A stretch of 59,125 nt of DNA, taken from contig PNXW01006365.1 in NCBI GenBank assembly GCA_013265495.1, positions 1 through 59,125 on the forward strand. Direction: 5' to 3'. The position numbers were made by a program, and so were the translations under genes. Position 1 is the stretch's first letter; each line of letters begins with the position of its first letter. The notes beneath the pieces are model-generated. The model saw only the letters and a program-made list of their open reading frames with translations, ran no database searches and was not told where the DNA came from. This stretch comes from Vicugna vicugna. Lineage: Eukaryota. Below are positions 11,175 through 23,405 of the stretch, one piece after another.

Positions 11175-14131
11175 ATGCAGGGGGCCTGGGTGCTGCTGCT
11201 GCTGCTGGGCCTGGGGCTTCAGCTCTCCCTTGGCGTCATTCCAGGTAATGAGACACCTCAAAGTCCCCACCCCCACCCCAACCCACACACACAAGGAGCT
11301 GTCCCAAGCCTGACCCAGCCTCCAATCTCCACCTGACCAGCTGAGGAGGAGACCCCAGCCTTCTGGAACCGCCAGGCAGCCCAAGCCCTGGACACCGCTA
11401 AGAAGCTGCAACCCATCCAGACAGCCGCCAAGAATCTCATTATCTTCTTGGGGGATGGTGAGTGTGCTAGGCTTGTCCATCCCTTGTCCTCCCCACAAAC
11501 CTGGAACCCAAGGCTGCCAGCACACACTGGCCAGATCTGGGGACGCAGGCCTGACATGTGCACCTTTAGGGATGGGAGTGCCTACAGTGACAGCCACTCG
11601 GATCCTGAAGGGGCAGATGAGTGGCAAGCCAGGACCCGAGACACCCCTGGCCATGGACCAATTCCCATACCTGGCTCTATCCAAGGTAAGGGCCTGGCGA
11701 CCTCAGGGAGCTCTACCCTAGAGGGGTGGGTGTGGGGTTAGGGAGCCTGGCAGGAGGGAGGGCCCCAGGAGGGCTGGGGCCTGAGTTAGGGCCCAGGGGC
11801 AGTGGGAATGGGCCCAAGGGCCTGGGTAAGTCAGGATCTGGGTGTCTACACCAGCGCGGAGTTGAAGGCATCTCTGCCCCCAGACTTACAACGTGGACAG
11901 ACAGGTGCCAGACAGTGCAGGTACGGCCACCGCCTACCTGTGTGGGGTCAAGGCCAACTACAGGACCATTGGTGTAAGTGCAGCTGCCCGCTATGACCAG
12001 TGCAAGACAACACAAGGCAATGAGGTCACCTCCGTGATGAATCGGGCCAAGAAAGCAGGTGGGCTTCAGGCCAGCTTTGTGGGCAGGGGTAGGCTCACAG
12101 ACCCCAGGGGCCCATCATGACCTCTGCCACCCACAGGGAAGTCCGTGGGAATCGTGACCACCACAAGGGTGCAGCATGCCTCTCCAGCCGGCACCTACGC
12201 ACACACAGTGAACCGCAACTGGTACTCAGATGCCGACCTGTCTGCTGATGCGAAGACGCAGGGCTGCCAGGACATCGCCACGCAGCTCATCAACAACATG
12301 GACATTGACGTGCGACAGGGCGGGCAAGGGGCGGGGCTGGGCAGAGGGGGAGGGACCCACACCCACCACAGTGCCAGGCAACCCACAGCCCTGTGGCCTG
12401 CCAGGGTCTCTGTGAGGTTGGGGTGGAGGTGACTCTAGGAGGTACAGGTGGAGACAGGCCATCCCCATAGACCTGGTGGTGGGGGCTAAGGGCTGTCTGA
12501 GGAGGGAGCAAGGGGTTAGCCAGGCCTCAAGCCCACCTGCCCTAATCTCTGTGCCCAGGTGATCCTGGGTGGAGGCCGAAAATACATGTTTCCTGAGGGG
12601 ACCCCAGACCCTGAGTACCCACAGGATGCCAATCAGAACGGAGTCCGGAAGGATAAGCGAAACCTGGTGCAGGAGTGGCAGGCCAAGCAGCAGGTGATGG
12701 GGGCTCACGGGTGCAGGGGTGCAGCGGGCAGGGTTGAGGGTGCAGAAATATGGGCTGAGACCTGGTTCTGCCCCTCCCAGGGTGCCCAGTATGTGTGGAA
12801 CCGCTCGGCACTCATGCAGGCGTCCAATGACCCCAGTGTAACACATCTTATGGGTAATGACCCCATTCACCCTCACTGTCCTCCACAGGACTTCAGGGTC
12901 CTCAGTCGGCCAAGCATGTGCGCAGACATTTGTGCCACTGACCTTCCCCACTCCTCAGCTTTGTGGTCACCAATGAATTCCCTTTCCCACAGGCCTCTTT
13001 GAGCCTGTAGACATGAAATATGAAGCCCAGCGAGACCTCACCAAGGACCCATCCCTGGCAGAGATGACGGAGGCAGCCCTGCGCCTACTGAGCAGGAACC
13101 CCCTTGGCTTCTACCTCTTTGTAGAGGGTGAGTGGCAGCCCCTTACTGAGCAGAGGAGGGAAGGGGCAGTCAGGGTGGGTTTCGCATCACCCACCTTCCC
13201 CATGTCCTTCCTGCAGGAGGTCGCATTGACCACGGTCACCATGATGGCATAGCTTATATGGCGCTGACGGAGGCCGTCATGTTTGACACTGCCATCGACA
13301 AGGCCAACCAGCTCACAAGCGAAAAGGACACACTGATCCTTGTCACTGCTGACCACTCTCACGTCTTCTCTTTTGGTGGCTACACACTGCGTGGGACCTC
13401 CATTTTCGGTAAGCCCAGAGATAGTGGCTGGTGCCGTTCCCTAAGTTATCAGCAGAAATTGCTCGGAGCCCCTTTTCTCATCTGTCAAGTGGAGTAATAG
13501 CAACTGCCCTGCAGGGGTCTGGTGAGAACTAAGCCAGTGAATGAGCTCAGTGCACAGCAGGAGCTCCACACGCTGTGGTTAGTGAGATCACGGCGTCCCC
13601 TCCTCCCTGCAGGACTGGCCCCCAGCAAGGCCTCTGATGGCAAGTCCTACACGTCCATCCTTTATGGCAATGGCCCTGGGTACCAGGTCAGCGGAGGCAC
13701 ACGGCCCGACGTCAATGACAGCCAGAGCGGTGAGTGAGGCGGGTGGGTTGTCTCGGGAGAACGGCGCCTGAAAGTTGTGGGAGTGGAGACCGCCTCCCCG
13801 CCGGTCCTGACCCCGCACCCTCCGCCCAGGGGACCCCACGTACCGGCAGCAGGCGGCCGTGCCGCTATTGAGCGAGACCCACGGCGGCGAGGACGTGGCG
13901 GTGTTCGCGCGCGGCCCGCAGGCGCACCTGGTGCACGGCGTGCAGGAGCAGAGCTTCGTGGCGCACGTCATGGCCTTCGCCGCCTGCATCGAGCCCTACA
14001 CCGACTGCAGCCTGCCGACCCCCGCCGGCCCCACCGCCGCCGCGCACCCGGGGCCGGCCGTCTGCCCTCCCTCCCTGGCGCTGCTGGGCGGGGCGCTGCT
14101 GCTGCTGCTGCTGGCGCCTTCCCTGCACTGA
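11175..14131 (+). CDS. ALPI: Intestinal-type alkaline phosphatase, copy 1, intact, 11 coding exons, 534 aa precursor
   Basis: Exons read with GT-AG sites: 11175-11244, 11341-11457, 11570-11685, 11884-12058, 12137-12309, 12559-12693, 12781-12853, 12993-13127, 13217-13408, 13613-13729, 13830-14131. Total 1605 nt, open frame. Motifs: signal peptide [26 protein letters not shown], catalytic VPDSA (mature Ser92), [38 protein letters not shown], hydrophobic GPI signal. Ser429 and HGGED are IAP-like. One-to-one orthology within the ALPI/ALPP/ALPG family is uncertain. Confidence 0.95.
13465..13565. mobile_element. MIR in ALP intron 9 (paralog ~52500-52600)
   Basis: TTTTCTCATCTGTCAAGTGGAGTAATAG MIR core. 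Confidence 0.65.
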
Positions 14132-14900
14132 CGTCCCACCCACCTGGACCCAGTGGTTGCTGTGAGGTCTTCTGCTCCCCGCCGCGATCCGTCCCCACGC
14201 CCCACTGGAACTGCCACCTCAGAGTCCCCACCCCTGAGTCCCATCCGAACCGCCAACCCCAGAGACCCACCTGGGCCCCTCTGCTAGAACTTCACCTCCA
14301 GGCAGTAAAGAAGGCTCAACTCTTGGACCCTCTGTGGACCTGGACCACTCTGCAAGGCTGAGGCTGTGACCTTCCTGTGACAGCAATGGTCCTCCTCCCC
14401 ACTCCCCCACTCCCTCAACCTCAAGGGCCGCCAGGGATTTTGTGCTGAGATGACCCGCACTCCAGGAAGGGAAGGGGCTGGGACTTCCCACTCTCTCCCT
14501 GACCCGCATAACCCTGTCTCAGGCTTCTCCACAACCCGGCCAGACAACATTCATGCCCTTCTTGGAGACCCAAGGACTTGCAGGCATCTGGAGAGGCGTG
14601 GCTTCCTGTCATCCTGGATCAACACAGTAGGCACCTTGCTGGCTAAGGAGGCTGCTCAGGTCAGAATGCCCAGGGGGCCTATGACACAAAGTCCTCTGCT
14701 GCACGTCGTGGAAACCCAGTGGTACCATTACAGACAGAGGACAGCGACACAGAAAGGAAATGAGGTTGTCTCAAGTCACTCAGCTACTGTGATGGTGGCC
14801 CCTGCAATGCCCATTCCAGGCTGGGAGGTCCAAGGAGCAGCCATGGAGCTGTGGGTCAGGGCAGATTCTCTGCCCTCCTGGGAGGAAGAAAGAGTCATCA

Positions 14901-14906
14901 AATAAA
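14901..14906 (+). terminator. Candidate polyadenylation signal, ALP copy 1
   Basis: First canonical AATAAA after the stop codon; a proximal variant AGTAAA lies at 14304-14309. Confidence 0.5.
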
Positions 14907-14909
14907 CTG

Positions 14910-15420
14910 TTATACAGTGCGATGCCAGTAGTGATATGTTATAGAAAAAAAATTCTTAGTGAGTGGGGGCGCAGTGTGTGTCTGTGGGAAAGGTGGGAGA
15001 TAATTCGGAGCAGGAGGTTAGGGAGGGGCTGCCTGAGGAGCAGACCCCTGAGCTGAGACCCAAGGAAGTGAGAGCCTGAGCAATGCAGAAGGAACAGCAG
15101 TGCAAGGGCCCTGAGGCAGCGTCAGCAAATGCAGCTGGAGGTCAGCAGCTGGATCCCAGCTGGGGGGACTGGGGCAGGTGGAGCAGGTGAAAGCCCCTGA
15201 GGGATGAGGAGGGCCGGGGGCAGATGGGGGAGGAGGTTGAACCTTATCCAGAGTGTGGTGTGTGCTGGGAAGGCTTTGAGCAGAGACCTAACAGGACCTG
15301 ACTCTGAGCACATCCTGCTGGCTACTGAGGGGAGAAGAGTCTGTTCTATCTGTTTTTGATGTGCTAGGGGGATGGGCAGGGTGGAGCTGGGAAACCAGAG
15401 AGGAAGTGCTGACTCCAGAC
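14910..15420. mobile_element. L2 fragment (paralog ~53910-54420)
   Basis: GGTTAGGGAGGGG...CTGAGGAG...TGAGCTGAGACC...GAAGGAACAGCAGTGCAAGGGCCCTGAGGCAG. Confidence 0.65.
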
Positions 15421-16129
15421 ATTTCTGACCTCTGTCTGAAGACATGCTGGAGCATCCACTCTAATGTAACTACACTTAGTGACGATCTAACCCACCCAAA
15501 GGGAACATTTAAAAAAAAAAAGAATTATATAAAGGTGAAGTGAGCCATGTTTCCCAATAAATTTTATAAAATGGCAAAATTCTTTGCACATGTACAAAGG
15601 TGGGAAAAGAGATTTTTCTTTCACTAGAAATGTTAATATAATTGCGTATGCTTCCTTATTTCCTAAAAGTTTGATTGAACACTGTACGACATCAATCTGA
15701 AGGCCAGGCTCACAGGGCAGTTTATTCCACCTCTGGGTTTCAGTGGCTGTCCCAAAACCATGGGGCTGAATGGAAGAAGGGCATCACCTGCTGGACTTAC
15801 TAAATCATCCTACTCATTTAGTAACTCCATCCACCAATTACGCAAAGGCTTTTGTTAAAGCGTAGCTAGTGTGTTTCTGTCTTCCCTGTGGTGAGTTAGT
15901 CGGCCTCACAAACCAAAGGAAGGTGCTGCTTGTTCATGCTTCATGAACGGGTCCAAAACTCAAGGGAACTCTACATTTTAAAGAGGCAGATTTTAAAAAC
16001 AGAATTTCTGGAATTAGTGGGTTTCCTTGCACAATGTTGAACATTCTAAAACTCACAGAAATGTACAGTTTACAAGGGTGAATTTGGTGGTATGTAAACT
16101 ATGCCTAAATTTTAAAAAGCAGTTTCTGT

Positions 16130-17420
16130 TTCCATGTTTTTTTAAGTGTAGGCATGAAAGATTTTATCAGTGAAATACATTATTGGCCACAAAATCATGT
16201 ATCCTTCATGGACACATCATCAAGCATCAGTTTTAACATCTTTACCTGGAGGAGGCAGATGTACAGAAAGTGGTTTTTTTTTCCAGTGCATTTTACTGGG
16301 TGCCTAAGCTGAGAGCTCTTGTCACCTCAAGAAATATCAGCTCATTGATCTTTAAGAAGGAAGGGAAGTTGGGAAGAAGGAGGGCGGGAGGACTCATGAC
16401 TCTTCAATACTTTACTGCAAAGATGAGTCATTCTGTGGTCAATCTGGAAAGGTTACATGGTCACCCCAATCTTATTACCTATTGCCTGTATCTGTCATAA
16501 AGTTTCTCCTCTACTGGGACAATCTTGGTTTTAGAAAGTTAACACCACTAAAGGCTCCTACAGCATTGCACGTGCTCTCCGGGTTTCCAGTTCTTTCCTG
16601 CATTGGTTTGACCATGGGTGGGCCAGTGAGTGACATTTGCAGGTTTTGCTGCCTCTGCACACTTTCCTCATCCAGAATCCTTTAAAAAACAGTCCTTTCT
16701 GAGTAACCCTTCCATCAATGGGTGCACTTAGACACCCTTTTCCCCACATGATGTTGCTTTCATTCAAACAAGGTATTAATTGTTGGAATGTATCTTACCT
16801 GCTATATCTATCTTTTAGTGGCACACACTATTTCATTATTGGACCAGAATCGCACAAATACATTAAGCTGAGATATGTAGAAACACCTGTACTTTTAGCC
16901 AACTGTATAGCAAACTTCCCACATGAGGTAATCTGGTCTAAAACTTTTTTTATTTTTCAATCAAGAGGAGCATTTTCTCTACATCTTGCAACAGTATTTC
17001 CTGACAAAGACATAGCTTTTGGTTTGTCAACTGATTATTTCCTTTTTTTTTTTTTTTTTTGACAGAACAGTTTGTGTTCATTGATTCTGGCATTTTTTTA
17101 CGCAGCAGAAAGAATAAGCGTGCCTGGTGTTGGATTTTTTTTTTTTTTGTCTTATGCTGTTATGCAAGAAACTTTAAAGGAGCCTTCCAAATATTTATCA
17201 TGGCTTAGGGAAATATCAAAAAGAACCGGGTGCAACAGCACATAACTAACCATCACTGCGGAAATGTGCGGGTGTTTGTCTTCATGTTCTGAAAGCTCAG
17301 TCTGTAAAGGCCTTGCCAATCAGGAGGGTTTCATGCTGTTCTCGACTAATACCTCAAGGTGCCCAGAGCAAGCTCCACCGATGACCATGGAGGTGAGGGT
17401 GCTTCAAACATTTGGTGCTG
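16130..17420 (-). mobile_element. Fossil hAT/Charlie-type transposase (paralog ~55130-56420)
   Basis: Broken minus-strand translation gives ENSMKPS, KPKAMSLSGNTVAR, VLDQITSCGKFAIQLAKSTGVS, ESNIMWGK, VVNFLKPR and KVLKS. These resemble ZBED5/Buster/Charlie transposases; many stops and frameshifts. Confidence 0.65.
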
Positions 17421-17794
17421 TTTAATTTTCTACATTTGGGGCTAACTTCTCATCAGGTCTATACCATGGGTGAGTATGTGTATGGAGGGAGGAGGTGTCA
17501 GAGCTGTCACTTCTGGGCTGGTTCCCCTGGTGTGAGGTACAGGTAACATTTGCCGTTTCTATGTGGGAATATTCTGTAAGCCACCTGACTTTTGGGCAGG
17601 ATTTGTTTGTTTAAAACTGGATCATATAAATCTACTTATCTCGACACACCAAACTCTACAAGGTCTCACTGAGTGCACTGGAAGTGAGCAATTGGGGGGG
17701 AGGCGCTGAGTTGGTCCCTTGTCAGCAGTGCCCACATTCCCTTTCCCAGGACACTTGAGAACCAAGGGGCCTATTGCCTGGTCCACGTGGTCAT

Positions 17795-18255
17795 GGATGA
17801 AAATTAATCAATAGTGATCTAAGGAAGAATAGAGAATTTTATTCATGGCTACCTAAGGATTTATAACCTGGGGCAGTCTTTCAGAAAATACCAAGGACTG
17901 TTCATACACATTTTTGAGATAAAAGATCATACATTAAAATGACACACTGGCATTTTAGACAAAGTTCAGCAAAGATACACAGGCCAGATAAGCACATACA
18001 AAGTGAGCAACAGGTCACCATGACCCCTTAAAGGAAGTGGAAAGAAATCTAATATTCTAAGGAGTTATATTGCTCCTGTCAGAAGAAGAAGAAAACATTG
18101 ATTTCTAAGGCGGAGCAGGCATTCCCACCTTTGAGAAGCTCTGCTTTATGTATAACGCAGGTGCACACTGCCCATTAGGGAGGGCCCCACAGGGGCAGGG
18201 AGTACATTAGGCTTAAATTTTCTTGTCCTGCCTCAATACATAAATTTTATTCCAT
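17795..18255 (-). mobile_element. Solo LTR-like element (paralog ~56800-57275)
   Basis: Resembles the 998-1519 element (TTTTATTCA...TATAACCTGGG); ends TTTTATTCCATCA. Confidence 0.5.
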
Positions 18256-21200
18256 CAGGAGGAAGGTGCCAGCTTGGAGCTAGATGTTAAATAGAAAGCG
18301 GGCAGATTGCCCTGGTTTGTGGCAAGGCTGCAAATGAGATAAAGCATGGGAGAGCCCAGCACACAGTAGGCACTCTGGAAGGCCTGCTGATCTTGAAACC
18401 AGCTCCCTGAGATTCAGATGCTGGGGCCCCAGACAGCACTCTTAGGCCAAACAGCTCCCTGGGACTATGGGTGCCTTGCTCCCTGCAGTGTTCAGACTGG
18501 GCCCTGGGGGGGCGCCACAGGTCCAGTCCCAGCTAGACCCGGAGCCCCTATCCCCACCCTACCATCTCATGGAGCCCCTTGGGCCCCATCCTTGCACCAA
18601 GCCCAGCATGGCTGCTTGGCAACACAGGATGCAATGAGTAAAAACAGACGCACTGCCTCTGAGGACGCCTCGGAAGGGATGCCAGATGGACCCTTGTCCT
18701 GACCTTGCGGCTGTTGGTACCATCCGACACTGCTACCCCCACCCCCCAGATTTCAGAAACAGGTCTCCCCACCTGGTCTGCATCTGCCTGACAGGCTGCT
18801 GCCCCTTTGAGGATGCTCCTCTAATCCGCGCCTCCTGGGCGGGGGCCTCCAGGAAGCTGCGTGGTATTTGAAATTGCACCTGCTGATCTAAGGTGACCCC
18901 AGGGCCTGCTTACTCCAGCTGAGCAGAGCTTCAGAGTTCGCTCTGTGTACACCACCAGGCCGCAGCCCGGAGTCCCCTTGATATGATCTTGTCACCAGGG
19001 ATGCCCAGTCTGTGCCAATGAGCTTGGCTCTCACCCAGGAACCAGTGCTGTGTCTCCCAGATGCCCCTCTAGGAGGAAATAGCCGTCTCCCTGTTCCGAA
19101 TGGTGAAGCCATCATCCACCCTCAATAGGGGGTCATCCAGGCCCTGATGCCCTGACCTGGCCCTTTCTTAGCTCATCAGATTTTCAAGTTCCTCATTATC
19201 AGCCAGCATGGCACCCTCTCTGCTCCTCAGCCCTTCCTGGGTCCTCAGGTGGGAGGGGAATAACTGCCTTCAGAACTCTCCACGCAGACCTTAGTCAGCA
19301 GCCCCTGGGAAGGGTTAGTCCCCTAAGATGGTATGAGAGTTTTTTTTATTATTATTTATGCAACGTGTAGACTAGGAGATGTTGCTTAACAGCACCATGT
19401 GACAGTGGCCTGGGGACCTGAGCTGCCTGCTGCTCAATGAATCAGGCTGAGCCGCTGCCAGGGGCTCCCAGATCTGGGCTCAGCTGAGGTCTGGGGAGCC
19501 AGGTGCCTCCTCATTCCCCTCTGACATATGAGCTCATGCTGGACAGCTGCCCAGCCCGCAGGGGTCACTCAAAGGACTGGTCCTGAGGGATGAACAGTGT
19601 GTCCCCGAAGCCCCCTGCAGTGGGTCCCTCTTATCCCCCTGTGGGGAGGCAAGGAGGGCAGGAGGAGAAGGCACCCATGGGCAGGGAGGATGTTGGCTTA
19701 TGTCCTGGACAGCAGACCACACAGCAGAAGGGTGAACTGAGCTGGTGACAAGGGCAAAATGAAGGACCTCCCCCTACCGGTGTAGGGACCATGGCCAGTG
19801 GAACCTGTGGGTCCGGGCCTCAAAGGTGGGCTGTAAATGAGTGAGGGCTGAGAACCCCCCAGCCAAGCCAATGAGAAGGAGGCCTCCAAATGAGCCACAA
19901 CCCATGTCACCTGAACAGCATTTCAAAATAGGCTGGTGTTGGGCTGGAGGGGATACTGTCTGCAGGGACAGGAGCCTGGGATCCTCTCGGACCACACAAA
20001 GCAGGGACCCCACCAGGACACAGGAGTGGAGGCCAGTTCATGTGAGGCTCTGCAGGGAAGTCCATGCCAGGGTGTAACCAAATTTCCCCAAAGGGAGGGG
20101 ACCTTGGGACCAGGGAGTCCCCACCTCTGGTGATTTTCCCGGTGGGGTTGGTGACCCTGCTGCTGCTGCTGCTGCGGACAGCTGCTCTGCTCAGACTCGG
20201 GCATTGCCCAGATCCTGTTCAGTGATGTGCCCTCCAAATTCGAGTCCAATCTCCTACACAGGCTGTGCGGTGTGGGAGGGGCTGCTGGATCTCGCCCTGC
20301 CCGCTGCCCTGTCCTGTCCTGCTGCGGGGCGGCCCCAGGGGCAGCCTCGGGGTCCAGTGTTCAGCCTCTGGACAGGCCTGGGGCTGGCAGGGGGAGGGGA
20401 AATTGCTCTTTTTATTAAGTGAAGAAAAAGTGGGTTTCTCAAGCCAATTTAGGGGAGGGGTGAGGCACTCAGAAAGGGACAAAAGAGGAGGCAGTGAAAG
20501 GGGCGCCCCAGCTCCCCAGGCCTTCAGTACAGTCTGTGACTCCACCTGGTCCCTGGGGAGGGAAGGAATTGGGGTGCTGCCCAGCATGGGGGGATGGGGG
20601 TGGGAAAGGGCCAGCCTTCGTTAGGGGCATGAGGAGGAACCCACCTGAGTACTCACCCCAGGGGCATTTGCAAAGAAGGCCCTGGGGCTTCCCAGCACAT
20701 CAGGACTGGGGCTCAAGCCATTTACAGATATGGCATCTAGGGCTCCTCACAAGCTGGGGCACTTGGGGCCCCCAGGGCACTGGGCATCAGGGTTGGCACA
20801 GAAGCAACTGCATGGGTGGCAGAAACTTGAACCTGGCCTCCACTGAACTGGTTAGAAAGACTTAGGACTCAGAGCTGCTTGGTGGCACCAGACACCCTGG
20901 CCCCTTCCTGGTTACCCCAGAAATCTCAAGGCTGCCGACATCCACACCTGCTCTGGGACGCCAGGCAGGGAAGTTTGGCACAAGCCCACCTCTCCAGCTG
21001 GCTTTGATTTCTCCCTGAATCTGTACAGAGTGAGCACGCACAGGGCCCCTGGGCTGAGGCCACCCCAGCATCCTTGGCCCTGAGGACTCAGAGGGGGGCC
21101 CTCACTGCTGAGGAAGTAGCTGTGCAGTCCTGGGAGGGGGAGGAGTCGCATCCATCCACAGCAGACAGGCCCACCCCTCACACACAACCCTGGGTCTCCC

Positions 21201-21704
21201 AGTGATGCTCCAGGGGCCTGGAGAGGGTGAGAGGGTGAGTCACTTGCCAAGGTCACCCAGCAGTGACCCCTGGGCTCAAGGCTCAGTCTCAAACTGTGGA
21301 TGTGAGAACCGTGAGGCCCTGTGCACGTGGGCACACAGGTGGACGCCTGGAAGCTTGATCACAATTGTAAACCATCCCCGAGCTCCTTTATTTCCCTGCT
21401 GTTGAATGCTTAGTGGAGGACTGCTTTCTGTCATCCCAATGAGATCGCTCAGAGGATGCCCGCTGTGTGGGTGAGCCACCTGGGGACGGATGGAGCCAGA
21501 CCTACAACAACCTGCCTGTGTTTTCTTCTAGAATCACTGCACCACTGAAAGGGCCTTCACCACTGGGCTCATGGCCCCTTACCCAACAGAAGGGAAACTG
21601 AGGCCAAGTGGGCAGCTGTGCTCAGCTGGGTCAACTCTTCCTCCCAGCATGTCAGTCAGCAGATCCTCAGGGCGCTTGAGCATACAGGACCTAGCAGATG
21701 AGGA

Positions 21705-23405
21705 GTTGTGCATGGAGCTAACATCTCACCAGAAGTCATCATACTCTGACACTGTGATGCGGATGGAGGTCAAAGTTGATCCAGCCCTGCCCAAGGCTTC
21801 CCGCCCCCAGCCCACAGCAGTCTCCCTGCTCACATTGGCCAGCCACTGCTCCAGCTGCAGGATCTCCTGGGCCTTCTGCTCCACAGCCTCATCACCCAAT
21901 AGGCTGAGCAAGCGCTCCATGAACACCCGGTAGGCTGCCAGGATCTGCACCAGGAGTGGGCACAGCAAGGGTGGGGACCAGTTTCAGGCCCTGGTCTATG
22001 CCTCCTGGAGCCCCAGGCCTTCCCTCAACCCCATCCCATGCTCCCACACCTTCTCGCTCTCCTCATCCTGAGCTAAGTACAAGGTCCTCTCTCACAGAGA
22101 GAGCCCACCCTGGTCAGTCTGGAGAGAAAGATGCGGGTCAGGGGTCAGCACTCCCAGTTTCTGCAAACAGACTGAATTCCCACCCAAAGCCCACACAGAG
22201 GACATGCCAGATACCCAATGTCACGAGCCCCAGGAGCACAAAAACAATAGCCCCTCCCTCAATTCAAAGAAATTGGTCTAAGCCAGACCCCTGACCAGTC
22301 TAGCCTGGAGAGTGAGTTGTGGGGCACCCCCACCCCAATCTTTAATCTTGTAAGCCTTCACTTTCCCAACCTCTGATGGGCACTCCCAGCCACACTGAGA
22401 GTTGCCTCCTCAAAATTCTTGCCGGCCCCAGGCCTGTCACCCCAGCCCATCAGTACACCGCTCTCTCCAGGCCTTCACTGGCAGCCAGCAGGCTGAGAAC
22501 TGTCTCCTCCTAACACAGCAATTACTCCAGGGAAATTGCTTGCACCTTCCTCTTGTGCTCTGCCCCTGAGCACTCCCCTCCTCTTCTCTCCCTTCCCCAC
22601 CTCTCTCCTCCTCTTCTGCTCTGGTCTCCTTGGCAACAGGAGGGGGTAGGGGAGGAGCGCATGCAAGGCTGAGATACCAAGGTTCCTGTTCGCTGGCAGG
22701 GTGCCTGGCACGGGGGTAGGGGGCTTGCGCACTCATGCAGTTGATACAGCCAGAGGATTTTCCGTTGTCCAGACCGACGGTGAGTCAGAAGAGTGCTGCT
22801 AGTTGAGGCTCCAGCATGCAGCCGCCCCTGAGCGTTCCGCCTCACCACCCAGGTCCCAATCCCCGCAGAACTCAATGACCTCCAGCAGGCACTACAGATC
22901 TTGCACGTGTCTGGGTAGGAGCAGAAGGCACGCACCTTGCGTTTGGCCGCTCCAGCAGACGCTGCAGGGGCTCCTGGTTCTGCTAGTCCGTGTCCGTGAT
23001 GGTGCTTTGGATGAGCTTGTCGACTGGGATGGCGCGGTGCTGCAGCCATCCACCGCGCACTGGTCCAGGTTGGTGACCGAGAAGCGGGCAGTGCACGAAA
23101 GCCTTGTGCTCCGGACAGCCCCCGGAGCAGGCAGCATCTCCTGTGGCTCCCAAGCCCAGGTACTTGAGTGGCAGCATGGCAGCCAGAATGGCACAGAGGC
23201 CCGTGGTGAACAGCAGCCTGGCAGCAGACATGCTTCTCTTCAGTTCCAGCGCGGCGGCGTGGCTCCCGCCCTGGTGGCACTGGGCCCGGCACCCAGCCGG
23301 TGGGCAGCGAGGTCTCCTGCGCCCCCTTTTCCCTACTGCACTGGCTCAAGTGCCTGACATCCCAGAACTCGTGTACTACGGTGTTAAGGAATACTGGAGG
23401 CTGGT
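21705..23405 (-). pseudogene. ECEL1P: ECEL1 (endothelin-converting enzyme-like 1) unprocessed 5'-partial pseudogene
   Basis: Large first coding exon ~23405-22737 is frameshifted (LLFTTGLCAILAAMLPLKYLG, CPEHKAF, GGWLQHRAIPVDKL, AAKRKVRAF) and its donor is mutated to ATGAGT. Exon 22118-22050 reads TDQGGLSL*ERTLYLAQDEESEK. Exon 21944-21834 reads [37 protein letters not shown]. Exon from 21758 reads [17 protein letters not shown], then recognisable homology stops. Confidence 0.93.

Larger units (their letters stand above)
1..20088 (+). repeat. Segmental duplication, copy A
   Basis: Position 1 matches 40610, 4169 matches 44002, 18632 matches 57669 and 20088 matches 59125; many identical translated ORFs in both copies. 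Confidence 0.98.

Noticed and set aside
13777..14361. Alternative-frame and antisense ORFs over ALP exon 11
   Set aside because: By-product of extreme GC3; not conserved past the stop in the paralog
20158..20175. (CTG)n / polyQ ORF
   Set aside because: Only about 6 units, with no supported exon context
22522..23357. Long ORFs over ECEL1P (275 aa minus, 184 aa plus)
   Set aside because: Frame-hopping or antisense read-through of a frameshifted GC-rich pseudo-exon
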